From: an uncultured Acidobacteriota bacterium
GTDB lineage: Bacteria > Acidobacteriota > Thermoanaerobaculia > Multivoradales > SZUA-115
Length of the DNA: 64,000 bases
Reading direction: 5' to 3'
Assembly: GCA_963805975.1 (NCBI GenBank)
Contig: CAWDVR010000001.1
Span: forward strand, 1,376,001-1,440,000
Part shown: positions 63,714 through 64,000 of the stretch, piece by piece
Position numbering within the stretch: the stretch's first letter is position 1
Layout of the letters: every line of letters starts with the position of its first letter
The notes under the pieces: generated by a model
What the model was told of the DNA's origin: nothing
Database searches by the model: none
What the model saw: the letters and a program-made list of their open reading frames with translations, nothing else
Made by a program: the position numbers and the translations under genes

Positions 63714-64000
63714 ATGGCTGAGACCCGCGAGAAGCCCTTCACGCCATTCGTCCCCGCCTCGACGGTGCTGCCCGAGTTCACGGTGCGCGCCGTCGTGCTG
63801 GGAGCGATCTTCGGCATCATCTTCGGCGCTTCGACCGTCTACCTCGCGCTGCGCGCCGGTCAGACCGTCTCGGCGTCGATCCCCATCGCGGTCCTCGCGA
63901 TCGCGATCCTGGGCAAGCTCGGCCGCGCCTCGATCCTCGAGAACAACATCGTGCAGACGGTGGGCTCGGCCGGCGAGTCGATCGCCGCCGGCGTCGCCTT
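63714..64000 (+). CDS. OPT family oligopeptide transporter (3' truncated by window edge)
   Basis: GAGGAG RBS, then [53 protein letters not shown]. Confidence 0.92.
   Translation, partial: MAETREKPFTPFVPASTVLPEFTVRAVVLGAIFGIIFGASTVYLALRAGQTVSASIPIAVLAIAILGKLGRASILENNIVQTVGSAGESIAAGVA

Overview
This 64 kb window is high-GC bacterial chromosomal DNA (roughly 70% GC by eye) with about 50 genes. The PadR plus ADOP-type duplicated permease pair, the IPTL-CTERM-like surface protein and the Ser/Thr kinase-TPR protein suggest Acidobacteriota, possibly Thermoanaerobaculia-like (inference). Housekeeping and metabolic genes include thyA, folA, nadE, arfB, pepD, kynU, a sirtuin, sufT, a ferredoxin, a fused 2-oxoacid dehydrogenase E1, two S9 peptidases and an OPT transporter. 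Accessory genes include a carbamoyltransferase-SGNH pair, a secreted small-protein/serine-protease pair, GT4 plus a glycoside hydrolase, an orphan flavin-dependent halogenase and a giant ExeM-type surface nuclease. I found no rRNA, canonical tRNA, CRISPR array, transposase, integrase or reverse transcriptase. Several genes carry isolated frameshifts, with a dense cluster at 40.3-42.3 kb, probably long-read errors. The most notable non-coding observations are an unexplained ~125-nt structured RNA candidate (59700-59826), REP-like palindromes (one apparently inserted in an MMPL gene's 5' end), pervasive leaderless-type promoter geometry, and up to three apparent CTG starts coupled to upstream TGA stops. 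No previously undescribed system can be firmly established from the sequence alone; candidates are ranked in the findings.
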